55,875 nucleotides of DNA. Origin: Gracilinanus agilis. Its lineage: Eukaryota. The notes under the pieces were generated by a model that was not told the origin of the DNA, searched no databases, and was given only the letters and a program-made list of their open reading frames with translations. The stretch covers positions 221,446,734 through 221,502,608 of the forward strand of contig NC_058135.1 of assembly GCF_016433145.1 (NCBI RefSeq). Reading direction: 5' to 3'. The first letter of the stretch is position 1. Each line of letters opens with the position of its first letter. Of the stretch, positions 12,313 through 25,859 are shown piece by piece. Made by a program: the position numbers and the translations under genes.

Positions 12313-12660
12313 GACCTGGATCCAGACCCTACTGGTTGGTGCAGAGATCACATACTGCTTTCACTTGCCTAATAGAAACCACTTGAGGCTTATCTTAGTG
12401 TTGGGGATTTTGTACAGCACCCACTCCTCCCTCCCTCCACTGCGGCCGATAATAAAGAGCGGAGTGTGCCGAACCCAATCATACCCCCCTCGCCCCCCAC
12501 CAAGGCCACTCCTCAGAGGAACGCTTGGGCGACTGGTAAGGGCATCTTATAGTTACAGCCACATAGATTCCACATAGGAGGGGAAAGACCTTTTCTTTAG
12601 TAAAAATCCTCCATTCAAATCTGATCTCTCCTTCATATTATCTGTGTGACCTTGGAAACG

Positions 12661-13485
12661 TTCTTTCTTTTTTTTTTTAATAGAAAATTTTATTTAATCA
12701 ATTTAGAATATTTCCCCATGGTTACAAGATTCATGTTCTTTCTCTCCCCTTCCCCACCCATCCCATAGCCAACAAGCAATTCCACTGGTTTTTTTTTTTT
12801 TAACCCTTATTCTGTGTATTGGCTCCTAGGTGGAAGAGTGGTAAGGGTGGGCAATGGGGGTCAAGTGACTTGCCCAGGGTCACACAGCTGGGAAGTGTCT
12901 GAGGCCGGATTTGAGCCTAGGACCTCCTGTCTCTAGGCCTGGCTCTCAATCCTCTGAGCTACCCAGCTGCCCAATTCCACTGGGTTTTACATGTATCATT
13001 GATCAAGACCCATTTCCATATTATTGATAATTGCACTAGGGTGATCATTTAGAGTCTACATCCCCAATCATGTTCCCATCAACCCAGGTGATCAAGCAAT
13101 TGTTTTTCTTCTGTGTTTCTGCTCCCACAGTTCTTTCTCTGGATGTAGATAGTGTTCTTTCTCATGAATCCCTCAGAATTGTCCTGAGTCATTGCATTGC
13201 TGCTAGTAGAGAAGTCCTTTATGTTTGATTGTGCCATAGTGTTATCAGATAGTCTCTGTGTACAATGTTCTCCTGGTTCTGCTCCTTTTACTCTGCATCA
13301 ATTCCTGGAGGTCTTTCCAGTTCACATGGAATTCCTCCAGTTCATTATTCCTTTGAGCACAATAGTATTACATCACCAACAGATACCACAATTTGTTTAG
13401 CCATTCCCCAATTGAAGGGCATCCCCTCATTTTCCAATTTTTTGCCACCACAAAGAGCACAGCTATGAATATTTTTATACAAGTG
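12661..13485 (-). mobile_element. L1 3' UTR and ORF2 end, antisense, with a nested SINE
   Basis: Poly-T, then the reverse complement of the L1 3' end also seen at 10429-10781. Confidence 0.9.
12789..12971 (-). mobile_element. Young SINE1_Mdo nested in L1
   Basis: Near full-length; 12-bp TSD caattccactgg at 12777-12788 and 12972-12983. Confidence 0.92.
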
Positions 13486-14387
13486 GAAAAGTCCTTTCCA
13501 TTCTGGATTTCAGTTTTTTCCTCTGTAAAATAGGGGTATTTGGTTAGATGATTTCTTGGGTCCTTTTCAATTCTAAATAGCATGGCCCTACGTCACAACT
13601 TCCATTAGCTTCAGCTCTCTCATCTATAAAATGGGGATCATAATACTGTCAATACCCATCTCTCAGAGTTGCTATCAATCAAAAAACAAGTATTTATTAA
13701 GTATCTTCTATAAGCCAGGCATCATACTGAAGACACAAATATAATGGATGAAACAATCCCTACTTGCAAAGAGGTTGCATTCTCACAGGGGCGGGCAATA
13801 AGTATATACATAAAGATGTACAGAAGAAATATAAAGAACAGTATACAAATACAAAGTAGTTAAAAGCAAAGCATTTGACTATGTGCCAGCTATTACAAAG
13901 GTTTTATCTAGACAATAGTGTCTCGAAGGAAGAAGAGGATTCTCTGAGGAAAGGAGAAGGGGAAGTGCATGGGGAGGAAGAGGGGGATGGCCAGCACTAA
14001 GGCAAAAAGACTGCAGAGAGGAGGTCATGTGTCAAACAGAGAGACCACCGTTTTGACTGGATTACAAAATGAAAGAGAGAACAATGTTGAGGAAAGTAGG
14101 AAAGATTGGTTGGGGCAAGGTTGGGTGTAAAAGCTAAAATGAGGAATTTATATGCAAACCTGGAGACAACTGAGGGCCTCTGGAGTTTACTCAGAGAGGA
14201 GAGGAAGGAAACAAGCATTTATTAAGATCTATATGTGCCAAGCACTTTATAAATATATCATTTGATCCTCAACAATTCCGGGAGCTAGGTGCTATTATGA
14301 TCTCCATTTTACAATTAAGGAAACCAAGTCAGGATCAAATTAAATGATTTCTCTGGGTCATAGAACTCATAAGTCTCTGAGGCTATA

Positions 14388-14607
14388 AATATATATATTT
14401 TTTAAATTTTTTTTTAAACCTTTACCTTCTGTCTTGGAGCCAATACTGTGTATTGGCTCCAAGGCAGAAGAGTGGTAAGGGTAGGCAATGAGGGTCAAGT
14501 GACTTGCCCAGAGTCACACAGCTGGGAAGTGTCTGAGGCCGGATTTGAACCTAGGACCTCCTGTCTCTAGGCCTGGCTCTCAATCCACTGAGCTACCCAG
14601 CTGCCCG
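14388..14607 (-). mobile_element. Young SINE1_Mdo nested in a MIR
   Basis: 13-bp TSD ctctgaggctata at 14375-14387 and 14608-14620. Confidence 0.92.
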
Positions 14608-15199
14608 CTCTGAGGCTATATTTAAACTCGGGTCTCCCTGAACTCTAGACTTAGTAGCATCACCTAGCCGTGAGAGTGGCCTGATAGGAGTGTGGCAGAA
14701 GAAATGTAGTGAAAAGAGACTTGATGTAGAGACATTAATTAGGAGGCCAAGGTACAAAGATAGGCAAGAGCTGCCGAGAGCCAGAACTCAGGTGGCAGCA
14801 ATGTGAGTGAGTGGCGTGAGTCAAATGACAAATGTTGTAGAGATAGGAGTAGCAAGATTTGGCAAGTGGCTGGATATGTGGGGTGAAGTACAATGAGGAG
14901 GCAACAATTTATGGACCTTAATTCCCTAGAGAAATGAGAACTGTGCACATTATTAAAATTGCCACACACCCCCTCAGATGGACAAGGTAGTCTATACTTC
15001 CCACCACATTGTATGCGATCCTCTGGGAGGCTCACAGGACACGGAAATTACAGCGGAGGGAGGAGACATGAGTCAGTGGCAGAGTAAATGCTGAGGTCAC
15101 AGAATTAGAACCTAGGTCCTCCTGGTTTCAAGTCCAGTGCTACCACACTGTCCAAAAGAGAGAGAACAAGACAGACTGGAAGACAGTGTTGGTGCAGAC

Positions 15200-15880
15200 T
15201 CTGGTGGTTGTCCTTCATACTCCAAGAGGACAAAATGGCATCACAACGTCAGGCTCGATGAACAATGTGTTGAATTATAGCTGATCAGATCAATATGAGA
15301 AGGCTCTACCACAGAGTAGGACCAAAGAGCCTGTATGAACATTTGGGATGGAGACATCTCTAAATCTGCCCATCTCACATTTCTTTTGAGCTATGGAAAT
15401 TCTGCTTTGCTCAAAAAGCACAGCACTTTCTTTGGCGTGGGCACACCACGCTGAATGGTTTTATGCCAGTGTCCTCTCTGTCTCACAATCAATACCCAAG
15501 TTCTTCAGAGAGACCTTGAAAGTGTCCTCCTGCAGCTTCTTTCACGTTGCGAGCGCTTGCCTCATCCTTTAGACAAATATATGTCTGGCATCCGAACAAC
15601 GTGGCCAGTCCGTTGAGTCGTGCTCTCTGCATTAGGGTTTGAACACTGGCAGTTCAGCTTGAGAAAGGACTCTGCACCCATCTTGCCAGTTGATCTTCAG
15701 AATCTTCCTAAGAGAATTAAAATGCAAGCAATTCAGTTTCCTGGCATGGCCCTGGTGGACTAACCAGGTTTCAGAGGCATACAACAATGAGGTGAGCACA
15801 ATGGCTCCAGAGTTTGGTAGGCAGCCCAATATCTCATGGCTCACCTCTTCTCTCCCACACTTTCTTTTGGAGCCTCCCAA
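15200..15880 (-). mobile_element. RTE LINE 3' fragment
   Basis: Minus-strand peptide AIVLTSLLYASETWLVHQGHARKLNCLHFNSLRKILKINWQD is typical of the RTE ORF downstream of the RT core; RTE-like 3' end gttgtccttcatactccaagaggac. Confidence 0.85.
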
Positions 15881-16641
15881 ACAATGAGCTCTGCTTGCTA
15901 GGGGAAGGGTGAGATCCATGTAGACCAGAGCAATCTGGGAAAGCTTCCTGGAGAAGACCAGATGTGCCCTGGCCCTGCAATGGTATGGTTGTGTGGGTGG
16001 GCGATGGGCTTATTATGAATCAGCAGCGTGATGTGGCAGCCAAAATAAAAACTAATACTATCTTGGGCTTTATGAATAAAAATAAATGTCCAGGATGAGA
16101 GGCAGGATGGTGTTACTGTGTCTAGCTGTATAACCCCACACGGATCCACTAGGGGATGGTGTTCAGTTCAGGGCTGCAGGAAGTATTGGATAGGAAGGAA
16201 GCAGGGGACAATTCTGAGTGGGCCTATCTTTGAACTAAGACTAAGGAGTCTAAATTGGAATCAGTGGCAAAAAACTTGGGCTTGGCTTCAAGCTGCATTT
16301 CAAGCACTTATAGCTGCATTATCTCATGCAAAGAATAAAAATAACAAATAGTAAAATATAATAAAAAGAGGCTCTGATTATGTGATAGGCAGTGGCAATC
16401 CCCTTAAAGCTTCCTGAGCAGAGAAATGACAAGAAACTACTCCATAATGAGATCTCCTTGGGCTTCATCTGGTTGAGCCCACACATTCCAGGGGAGTCTG
16501 GGGAGGCCAAGTTTTCCATCTCCTTTACAATTAGAGCCCAAATTATTGTGCTTTTCTTTCAGATCAAGGTGTAAAAAGGAATTCTTTATTCCTTTTTTAA
16601 ATTTAACAAGGTGACTTGGAGGTCCTCTTACCATAGAGATG

Positions 16642-17372
16642 TGTAGGGATTAACCAGCCCATAGTGACAGGAAGGAGAAACCGGGGGTCCCCCTGCTGAA
16701 CCAGTTGCTGACAGTTAGGAGAGGGAGTTGCTGACAGTTAGGGCTGGCAGTTGCAGGGAAGTTGGGTGGCTGCTGGGCATAAGTTGGTTGTTGGGTTGGT
16801 TGCTGGCAGTGTGGGTTGGCATTTAGTTGTTGGGATATAAAGGTGGGCCTGAGCTTACCGTGAGGCTTTTGGCTTTGGCCTTTAAAGGGTTTTTTGCCTC
16901 TGGAATCTCTAGAGAGCAGGAGGTCTGTCTCATAGGCAAGGATCTGCTTCAGTTGGGTACTGACAGTTGGGCTGCTATAGAAAACTGATTGAAGGAGTGA
17001 ATGGTGGTTGTCTATTATTTAGGGAGTTTGGTCGTTAGTGAATAATTTATAGAGTAGAGTAGAGTAGGCCTGGTCAGCCAGGCAAGAAGAACCTGTCTTG
17101 AGAAGACAGTTAAGTAGAGTTTTTAGACATTTTAGTTAGTATCAGGAATTTTAGGTATATTTATAGGGTATAAGATTAATAATCTTTCTATCTTTCCCTC
17201 CCTTACTATATTCTTTTACTGTCTCTATTTTAATTAAACTAAATTGTTCATTGTTAAAAGCTGCTAGAAGTTTTCTTTCCTCATTAATTTATAACTCTAC
17301 TATATTCTAATTAAAACAAATTATTAAAAGCTACCCTCTTATTTTGTCAAAACTCCTATTTTAACCCTTACA
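16642..17372 (+). mobile_element. Solo ERV LTR
   Basis: Starts tgtagggattaa and ends ttaacccttaca (inverted termini). TATAAA at 16836-16841 and ATTAAA motifs near the 3' end. No clear TSD. Confidence 0.75.
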
Positions 17373-18309
17373 AAGGTCATGGATATATGCATTGTTATGG
17401 AGCTGGAATGAGGTTGGATGTGCTTTGTGAAGGCTAGATAACAGAGCCAAGAATAAAATGTGGGTTCCTGGAGTCAACCCATTTCCCTTGTGACCATGCT
17501 GTTTCCATCAGGTCACAATGTCAGAGCTGGAAAATACCTTACACATCATATTTTTAATCAAGACCTTCCTAATCTTTCCCAGTTATTAGGGTGGTCTCAC
17601 TCCTCAAATCACCTTTTATTTCTCTGTATCAATGCTGTATCCCCTTTTCCCCAGGAGGCTGAAAGGAAGCACTTTAAGATCAGGGACTACCTTTTTGTCT
17701 TTGTCTCTGTAGAATCTATCACAGAGCCTTGCCACCACATACTTGAACATTTCATAAATGCTTGCTGAATTGTATCAAAAGGAAGAAACCGAGGCCCCGA
17801 AAAAGGAAGTGACTTGCCTAGGGTCCCAAACCAGGACCTGAACTCAAGGCTTTCTCTTTCTAGTCTACCACACTTGCCTTCCCCCTCTCTTTTTTTCTTT
17901 TCCATTCCTTCTTTTTCTCATACTTTCCCTTTCTTCTCTCCCTCTTTCTCTCATTTTTTCACACATTCCTCAATAAACATTTAGTCATTGCCCATACATT
18001 TCCTTCCCTACTTCTCCTATCCTTGGTATCATGAAAAGCACCCAAAATTTGGAGCCTGTTCACTCGACACTGTATCTGTGTGCATAATCTTTCTTTCACA
18101 AAGTTGTAGTTAGGGTATATGCTATGTTATATTATCTTTCCAAATCTCTTTATATTCCTCATTTAAGTACACCATAGGATCCCATTACACTAGAATGCCA
18201 TTGGAGCAAAGATGGTGACCAAAGGAAAACTAAAGAGGAAAACTCTTATCCAGAGTTCTACAAGACAAAGGCATATGCCAGAAAGTATCCAAGCAGGTCT
18301 TTTTCAAAA

Positions 18310-18680
18310 CTATTGTGCCATAAGGAATGATGAACAGGATGATTTCAGAAAGAGCTGAAAAGACTTACCTGAACTGATGCAGAGTGAAATAAGCAGAACC
18401 AGGAGCTCATTGTATACAGTAACTGCAATATTGTGAATGATCAATTGTGATAGATTTGGCTACTCTCAGCAATACAGTGATCTAGGACAGTTCTCAGGGA
18501 CTTGGGACAAAGAATGCTATCTACCTCCAGAGAAAGAACTGTCGGAGCCAGAATGCAAATGAAAGCAGATGATTTTTCAATTGTTTATTTGGGTTTATGT
18601 TTGGGAGTTTTAGTTTTCTACTATTACTCATGTATGAAAATGAACTATATGGATAAAATAAATTAATAAAATTTCTTTAT
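18310..18680 (+). mobile_element. L1 ORF2 end and 3' UTR fragment
   Basis: ataaggaatgatgaacaggatgatttcagaaag...gaactgatgcagagtgaaataagcagaaccagg. Confidence 0.85.
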
Positions 18681-21259
18681 AAAGAAGGTATCTAAGCAGG
18701 GATATCTAAGAAAGAAGGAGGGGATAGAAGAACCAGGAGGGCAGAAAAGAAGGGCTCTAAGTTGCGTCACTGATTTGAGGGCAAAGAGGCTTCACACAAG
18801 GATGAAGTCATGAGAATGCCCAGTTGGCAGAAGCAGCTGCAAATGGCAGCTACCAAAGTGGTAACAGTACAATAGATAGATTGAGTCAAGGCAACGGGAT
18901 GTATAAGTGCTCCAGGACCAATGAATCACAGTTCTCAAACTGTTGAGACTTGGGCTCAAAGGGTTACCTATTTAGAAGAAAGAACCTTATAGCTAAAGCA
19001 TCAAGTAAAATCTTCTCATTTTTCAGGCAATTAAATGACTTTTCCCAAGGCAAAGGGCCAAGTGGCAGAGCTGAGACATGAACTCAGGGCTCCAAAGGCA
19101 GAGCTTCTCTATCGATGATGTGCACATTTTCCTTGCTAGTGAACTGTACATGCTCTCAGTTCTTTTGCTGTCTTCTATTTTTTTACAAGTGTGTTTCTGT
19201 TCAAATTGTACACCCTCCATGTGAGCCAAACCTTGGTGGAGAGCATGAGCTGTGCTTACAGAGATGCTATAATGGATAAATCTTCTCGGTTGAACAGTCT
19301 TCAATCAGTAGAATAGTTTGCCAACTTTTGGACATTGAATGTTTCAAAGATAAATAGTCACACTGGGATCAGCAGATTCCGAGCACATTGGCACAGTGCT
19401 TTAGGATTTATAAAACACTTTACATACATTTTCTTTATACAACTGCCTTGGAACGCGGATGATGGAGGGACTGAGATCTCCATTTTATAGCTGAGGTTTT
19501 CATGAAAGCTCAGAGAGGTTCAACAATATGTCTACAGGAACACAGCTCCTCCTCCTCCTGGTAATGACAAAAATGATGGTGGTGATGATAGCTAACATTT
19601 GTTTAGCACTTAAAGGTTTGCAGAGTGTTTTATGGAGGCTGTCTCATTTGATCCAATAGCCCTGGAAAGGTGTATTATCTTCATTTTACAGACGAAGGAA
19701 CTGAGACTGAGAGATTAAGTGAATTGCCCAGGATTACAGTTCCCAAGTGTCTGAAGGCAGACTGATTTGAACTCAGATCTTCCTGACTCTAAAACCAACA
19801 CAATCCACTATGCTGCCTGCCAATAAATGTCAGAGGCAGAATTCAAACTTACATCTTTATTTCAAGTCCAACCTTTTATACTCTGTTAGTGATCTTGGGG
19901 ATTGGAAAGAATGCTGGATTTGGATTCAAGAAAACACTGGTTCAAATCTCAATTCTTGTACTTCTTACCTAAGTAGTCTGAGGAAACTTCCTCAATGTCC
20001 TGATGCCTCATTTTCTTCATATGTGGAAGGAGCAGGTTGAACTGGATGGCCTCTAATGGTCCTGCAAGTTTCAAATCTGTTCTCCTGTGATTCTCCAGGA
20101 GATCTTTTGATTGTTCATCCCCTTATTTTGCAGAGAAGGAAACTGAAGCTCCAGGAACCCAAATGACCTCCCCAAGACCATGCAATTCTTTGCAATTTCA
20201 CATTTTTATCTCTCCTCGGTACTAGCCATTGGCAAATGAGTATCCTCCTTCACGTGGTCAGAAGATGCCTGTGCTAGAAGAGATCTTGGGGGTCATCTAG
20301 TCCAGCCCTCTCATTTTACAGAGAAAAAAAGAGGCATGGGCTAGAGAAATGATTTATTCAAGGTCACACATATACTAGGTGGCAAAGCCACAATTCGAAT
20401 GAAGGTCTTCTGACTCAAACACCATCTTTCCCAGAAGGTTCTGGCAAATCCTGACTGGTCGGCTCTCCATTTTCAACAGCCCTCACCGACCAAAGAAACT
20501 CCTATCGTGACCACACTTCCTACTGGTGGTCAAGTCACAGTTTCTCCACCTACAGCTTCTCTGGCCTAAACTGTACCACAAATATGTGTCTTCCTTCTTC
20601 TGACAGAGCCTCCTGGAGGCCCTGGAGAGATGCCAGGAAAACCTTGGTCTTATCAACAACACATTGAGAAGCCATCCTTGACGAGGGATGACTTTTCATC
20701 CAGAATAAGTTTTGGGGTTTTTTTCTTGGCCTCAGTGTCTATCCGCTGCTTTCTGATAAGCAGTTTCCTTTCTGAAACAAAGGGACGGTGGCTCTGGATC
20801 CGAAATCAAACAAAAACATTCGCTTTGGGCTCTGATACTTACGGGCTGTGTGGGCACAGAAAGGTCACTTCAGTTCTCTAGGACTCAGTTTCTTTATCTG
20901 TAAAATACAAATAGCAATCCTTGCAATCAATCAACAACCTTTTTTCAAACTCCTACTTGTGCTAGACTCTGGGGAAACAAATACAAAACCCCCAAATCCC
21001 TGCCCTCAAGAAGCTTACATTCTCTCAGGCAAGATAACATGTAAACAGACTTGTACAGATTCAATACAAAGTAGTATGGGAGGAAGAGCACTAGCAATTG
21101 AGGAAACCAGGGAAAGCTTCATATAGAAGACAGTGCCCGAGTTCTGTTTTGGAGGAGGAGAAGAATTCTATGAGGTTGAAGTAATGAAGGCATTGGGGCC
21201 CCCCAATGTAAAGGCATGGAGATGATCCCAGTGTTAGCCAAAAATAGTAACCTAAATTA

Positions 21260-22490
21260 CAGGAGTAATACCTCACTATTCAACACAAACTACTGGGGAC
21301 ATTTCAGAAACTAGACATAGACCAGCATCTAATATCACATACCAAGATACACTGGAAATGGATCCGTGCCCTCGATCATAAACAAATTAGAGGAGCAAAG
21401 ATGAAATGACTTTTGGGGTTTATGGAGAGGGGAAGAACCCGTGACCAAAAAAAGGAGAGAAAGAATCACAGAAGATGAAATCAATAATTTGGATTACATA
21501 AAAATTTAAATGTTTTTATACCAACAAACTAAATGCAACTGAAATTAAAAGGAAAATAGGCAACTAGAGATCAAAATCTTTGCAGCAAGTTTCTTTGATT
21601 GATAAGGGTCTCATTTCCAAAATACATAAAGAATTGATTTAAATTTATAAGAACATTACAAGAAATAATATTCCCCAATTGATAACTGACCAAAGGATAG
21701 GAATAGAAAATTTTCTAAGGAAGAAATCCAAGCTATCAATAGCCAAGAGAAGACATTCTCCAAATCACTAATAATAAGAGAAATGCAAGTTTAAACAATT
21801 CTGATGCTGCATGTCACACCAATAAGATTGGCAAGGTTGACAAAAAAGAAAATGTTGGAGGGGTTGCAGGAAACAGATTACATGACGTGGCTTGTAAATT
21901 GGTATAGCCATTCTGGAAAGTTAATTTGGAATTATGATCAGAAAAAAATGCTAAATGTACATATTCTTTGATGTAGTGATACCATTAATAGGCCTATACC
22001 TTAAAGAGACAAGATACAGAACAATAAGCTGCAAATGTATAAAAATAATAAGAGTAGCTCATTTGGGGGTGCCCACGAATAAACTTATGCTGTAAGAAAT
22101 AATGAAAAGGATGATTTTAGAGAAACCTAAAAAGACCTGAATTAATGGATACAGCCAGGTAAGCAGAACCAAGAGAAGAACAATTACTGCAATGACCATA
22201 ACAAAAAAAAGACAAACAATTTTGAAAGGCTTAAGAATTCGGACTATTTCAATAACCAGCCATTTTCTAGAGAATGTGTTTCCTGAGGATCCACAATGCA
22301 CTGTGCTATCCACCTCCCAAAAGGGAGGTGATGGGCTCAAGGTGCAGAATGAGACACACATTTTGGGATGAAGCCACTTCAAGAATTTGTTTTGTTTGTA
22401 TATGTCACAAGGGTTATGTTTTAAATTTTTAGGGTTGGTGGGAGGAAGGGAAACTAGATAGTGATTAATTTTTTAAATGAAATGACTTTT
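21260..22490 (+). mobile_element. Older L1: ORF2 C-terminus and 3' UTR
   Basis: tagaccagcatctaatatcacataccaagata, aagagaaatgcaagtttaaacaattctg and an L1 3' UTR. Confidence 0.85.
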
Positions 22491-22715
22491 TTTTAGGCCC
22501 TGAAATAGGAGAAGGGAGATGGAATATGGTGTGTAAGGAACAGAGAGAATGTGGCTGGGAAGATAGGTTAGAGCTAGATTATATAAAGGGTTTTAGAATC
22601 CAAGGAGGGGAGTTTCTACTTTATTCTAGAAGCACATAGCTGTTATGTTGAGAGAACACTTTAAAAACCTTAGGTATGTAGCCATGAATTGCTATTATTA
22701 AAAAGAAACGTTATG

Positions 22716-22904
22716 GGGCAGCTGGGTAGCTCAGTGGAGTGAGAGTCAGGCCTAGAGACAGGAGGTCCTAGGTTCAAAGCCGGCCTCAGACACTTCCCAG
22801 CTGTGTGACCCTGGGCAAGTCACTTGACCCCCATTGCCCACCCTTACCACTCTTCCACCTATGAGACAATACACCGAAGTTAAGGGTTTAAAAAAAATAA
22901 AAAG
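22716..22904 (+). mobile_element. Young full-length SINE1_Mdo
   Basis: tRNA-like head (gggcagctgggtagctcagtgg; B box ggttcaaagcc). 16-bp TSD aaaaagaaacgttatg at 22700-22715 and 22905-22920, at a TT|AAAA site. Confidence 0.95.
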
Positions 22905-23749
22905 AAAAAGAAACGTTATGCCTGGTACAGGATCAATCATCTTTAAAAAGAATTTATTATATTCCCATTTATATAATGATTTAAACTTTACAAAGGTTCA
23001 CAACAACCACTCCATGAGGCAAGTGGCACAAGGAATATTATCCCTATTGTACAAGTGAAGAAACTGAGGCTCAGAGAGGTTAAATGACCTGCCCAGGATA
23101 TCGACACCAGTGGGGAAGGGAGCTGTGTGCTTGCTGGAAGAGAACAGTTTTTAGGCATGATGTGAATCTGTTCTTGGGGCTCTCGATCATCACAAAGTTT
23201 ATACCTTCCCAGGAAAATCTGTTCCTCCTTCTGATTTCAGTGTTTCTGTCGGTGCCACCACCATTCACCTCTTTTCCCATGGTCGTAGCCTCAGGGTTCT
23301 CTCTGACTTGTTCCTTCCTCCCAGTTATGAGGCTCTCTCAACTCTATCTCTGTTGTACCTCCTCCTCCTTCCTCTGTGTTCCCACGTCATTCTGGCACAG
23401 GTCCTCATCAGCACCTGCTCAGACCACAGGAGTAACCCGCCTGCTCCCTCTCCCTTCCAGGTCCATCGATCTCCCTCACGATGCCTAGAGAACATTCTCT
23501 CGTTCAAAGGTCCCTTGTGGCTCCCCATTACCTCCTGAGAAATGAGAAGTCGGTGAGGACGAGTTCAGCAGGAGTAAGAGCCCATTTGGGGGACACATAA
23601 TGAATTCTACAGCGCACCGACAGTATGGCCTGGAGGGCTGACCAGAGAGACAGGAAAAGACTGGATTTGAGTCCCACCTCCAACACATCCTAGTGTGTGT
23701 CCCACAGACAGTCCCCTAAACTCTGGGTGCCCCGGGATCCGCTCTACAA

Positions 23750-23970
23750 ATGTTGTTTCAGGCATTTGTGACCCCATTTGGAGTTTTCTGGACAAAGGCA
23801 TTGGAGAAGTTTGCTACTTCCTTCTTCAGTTCATTTTGCAGATGAGGAAACTGAGGACAATAGGTTAAGGGACTTGCCCAGAGTCACAAAGGTAGTGTGG
23901 GAAGCTGGATTTGAACTCAGGTCTCCTGAATCCAGGGCCAATGCTCTATCTGCTATTGTCCCAGCTTGTC
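23750..23970 (-). mobile_element. MAR1-type SINE
   Basis: gttgtttcaggcatttgtgaccccatttggag...gcagatgaggaaactgagg...ttgaactcaggtctcctgaatcc. Confidence 0.8.
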
Positions 23971-24175
23971 CTTCCATGGCCCTCTGGGATAGCTGGAAGT
24001 GATGTGAGATCCAGTTGACAAGAGTTGGGGATGTTTAATCTGGAGAAGAGGGGGGGGGTGGGACACATGATCAAGTATTTGAAAGTGTCCTGTTTGTTTT
24101 TAAAAACCTCCTTACCTTCTGTAATTGTCTGAACTGATTATCAGTTCCTGGGAAGAAGAATATTAAGGACTAGGC

Positions 24176-24351
24176 CAGAGATGGGCAAACTACAGTCTGG
24201 GCCAGATGTGGCCCCCTGAAATGTTCTATTGGCCGAATACAATGAGTAGGATACAATACAATGAAACTTCGAAAGAGTTGTTTAGAAATAGACTGACAGA
24301 TGAGTATTTCCTTTCCTTTGGCCCCTTCTTTAAAAAGTTTGCCCATCACTG
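24176..24351. mobile_element. hAT (Charlie-group) MITE inserted into a SINE1-type SINE (about 24095-24480)
   Basis: 16-bp TIRs cagagatgggcaaact / agtttgcccatcactg. Perfect 8-bp TSD gactaggc at 24168-24175 and 24352-24359. Confidence 0.92.
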
Positions 24352-25859
24352 GACTAGGCAATGGGAGTTAAGTGACTTATCCAGGGTCACATGGCAAGGA
24401 AATATTTGAGACCAGATTTGAACCCAGGAACTCCCATTTTTAGCCCTGGATTTCCATCTACTGAATCACCTAGCTTCCCCTTAAGGCTGTCCTTTTGAAG
24501 ATTTGACTTGTTCTGCTTGGACTCAGAGGGCAGATCAACTAACAGTGGGTGCAAAGAAGCCAGTTTAGGTTCGGTGTCAGGATGGCCACAAGAGCTGTCC
24601 ACCAGTGGAACGGGCTGCCTTGGTAGGTGATGGGTTTCACTTCATAGGAAATCTTCGAGCAGAGCCCAGATGACCACATTACAGGGGGGATTCCTTTTGG
24701 GCATGAGTTGTACTAGAGGGGCATGAAGGTCCTGGAAAATGCCAAGACTTTGGGTTCAAACTCAAATTTACTTAATGACTTCCGCCTATTTCCCTGAGCA
24801 GACCAAATGAAATGCTCTGCCCATACGACAAACCTCCCAAAGTCTAAAGGCATCTCTCCTCTTCTATGGGCTACATGGCTTCAGTTCTTTCACCTGATCC
24901 ATCACTGTCCTGGTCACCCTTCTGACACCCCTCAGCTTAGATGAGTCCTTCCTAAAATGGGATTCTCAGAACTGCACCCAAAGGGCCTTGGAATGTGGGT
25001 TAACCAGGGTAGAGGACCGAGAGGCTCGGACTTCTCTTGGCTTAGACACTATTCCACTGTAGGCAGCCCTCCCCTCCCCAATGTCCCGAGCCATTTCTGG
25101 GCCTTCAAAACTTGGTTTGCCACCAATTCAACTACTTTTTCTTGAGCTCCAACTTCTTTTCCTTTCTCAATTTCTTCCTTATGACCATCCAGTATTAGTC
25201 ACATGATGTGCATCAAGGTGATGGAAAGGGACAATTGGCTTAAAATAGCAAAGCAGGAAACTACATCACTGGCAAACTCCCCCCACACCAGTGGCCCAGA
25301 CCTGCCATCTCCTAAGTGCCAGGAAGAGAAGGGCAGAATCCCGTCGGTTCTCTGGGCCCTTGGCATCTGCTTTCAGCCTGGCACCCTATCAAGGGAAGGA
25401 GGAAATGATGAGCTAACAGCCTGCCCACTGAATGGCCACAAAAGTGTTTTCATGGAGGGGTCATCCTTGTCTTTTGTCTGGGAAAGCCATGAGTGTGCAG
25501 GATGCTGAGGCTCGAGATCCCTGTGCAGGAGGGATCAAGTCTCTCTGGGATTCCAGGGTGGAGGAACCCAAGGTCCAGCACGGCGGTGCAGGAGGGTGGG
25601 AAGAACCTCATCGTCTTCCAACTCCACTGGCACATGGCATAGTACGGCATGGCCCAGCGTGGGATAAGCCTTCCCCTACATTTACCTTCTCCCTTTCTCC
25701 TTCCAGAACATCCTGCTTCAGAGACATCCCTACACGGAAAGCCCACACAGCCCCTGCCAATCAGCCGTTGAGGACCCTTCTCCAATGAGGGAGTCTCTTG
25801 GTTCCAAAGCATTGTGGGAGTAGGGTGGTCCATGAAAAGGCCCCCTTGTATCTAAGAGC

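Noticed and set aside
20480-20569. Pro/Thr-rich peptide PSPTKETPIVTTLPTGGQVTVSPPTASLA after an acceptor
   Set aside because: Isolated and short, with no partner exon or poly(A) signal that I could link to it.
22716-22790. tRNA-like A/B boxes
   Set aside because: They are SINE heads, not tRNA genes; no cloverleaf or anticodon arm.
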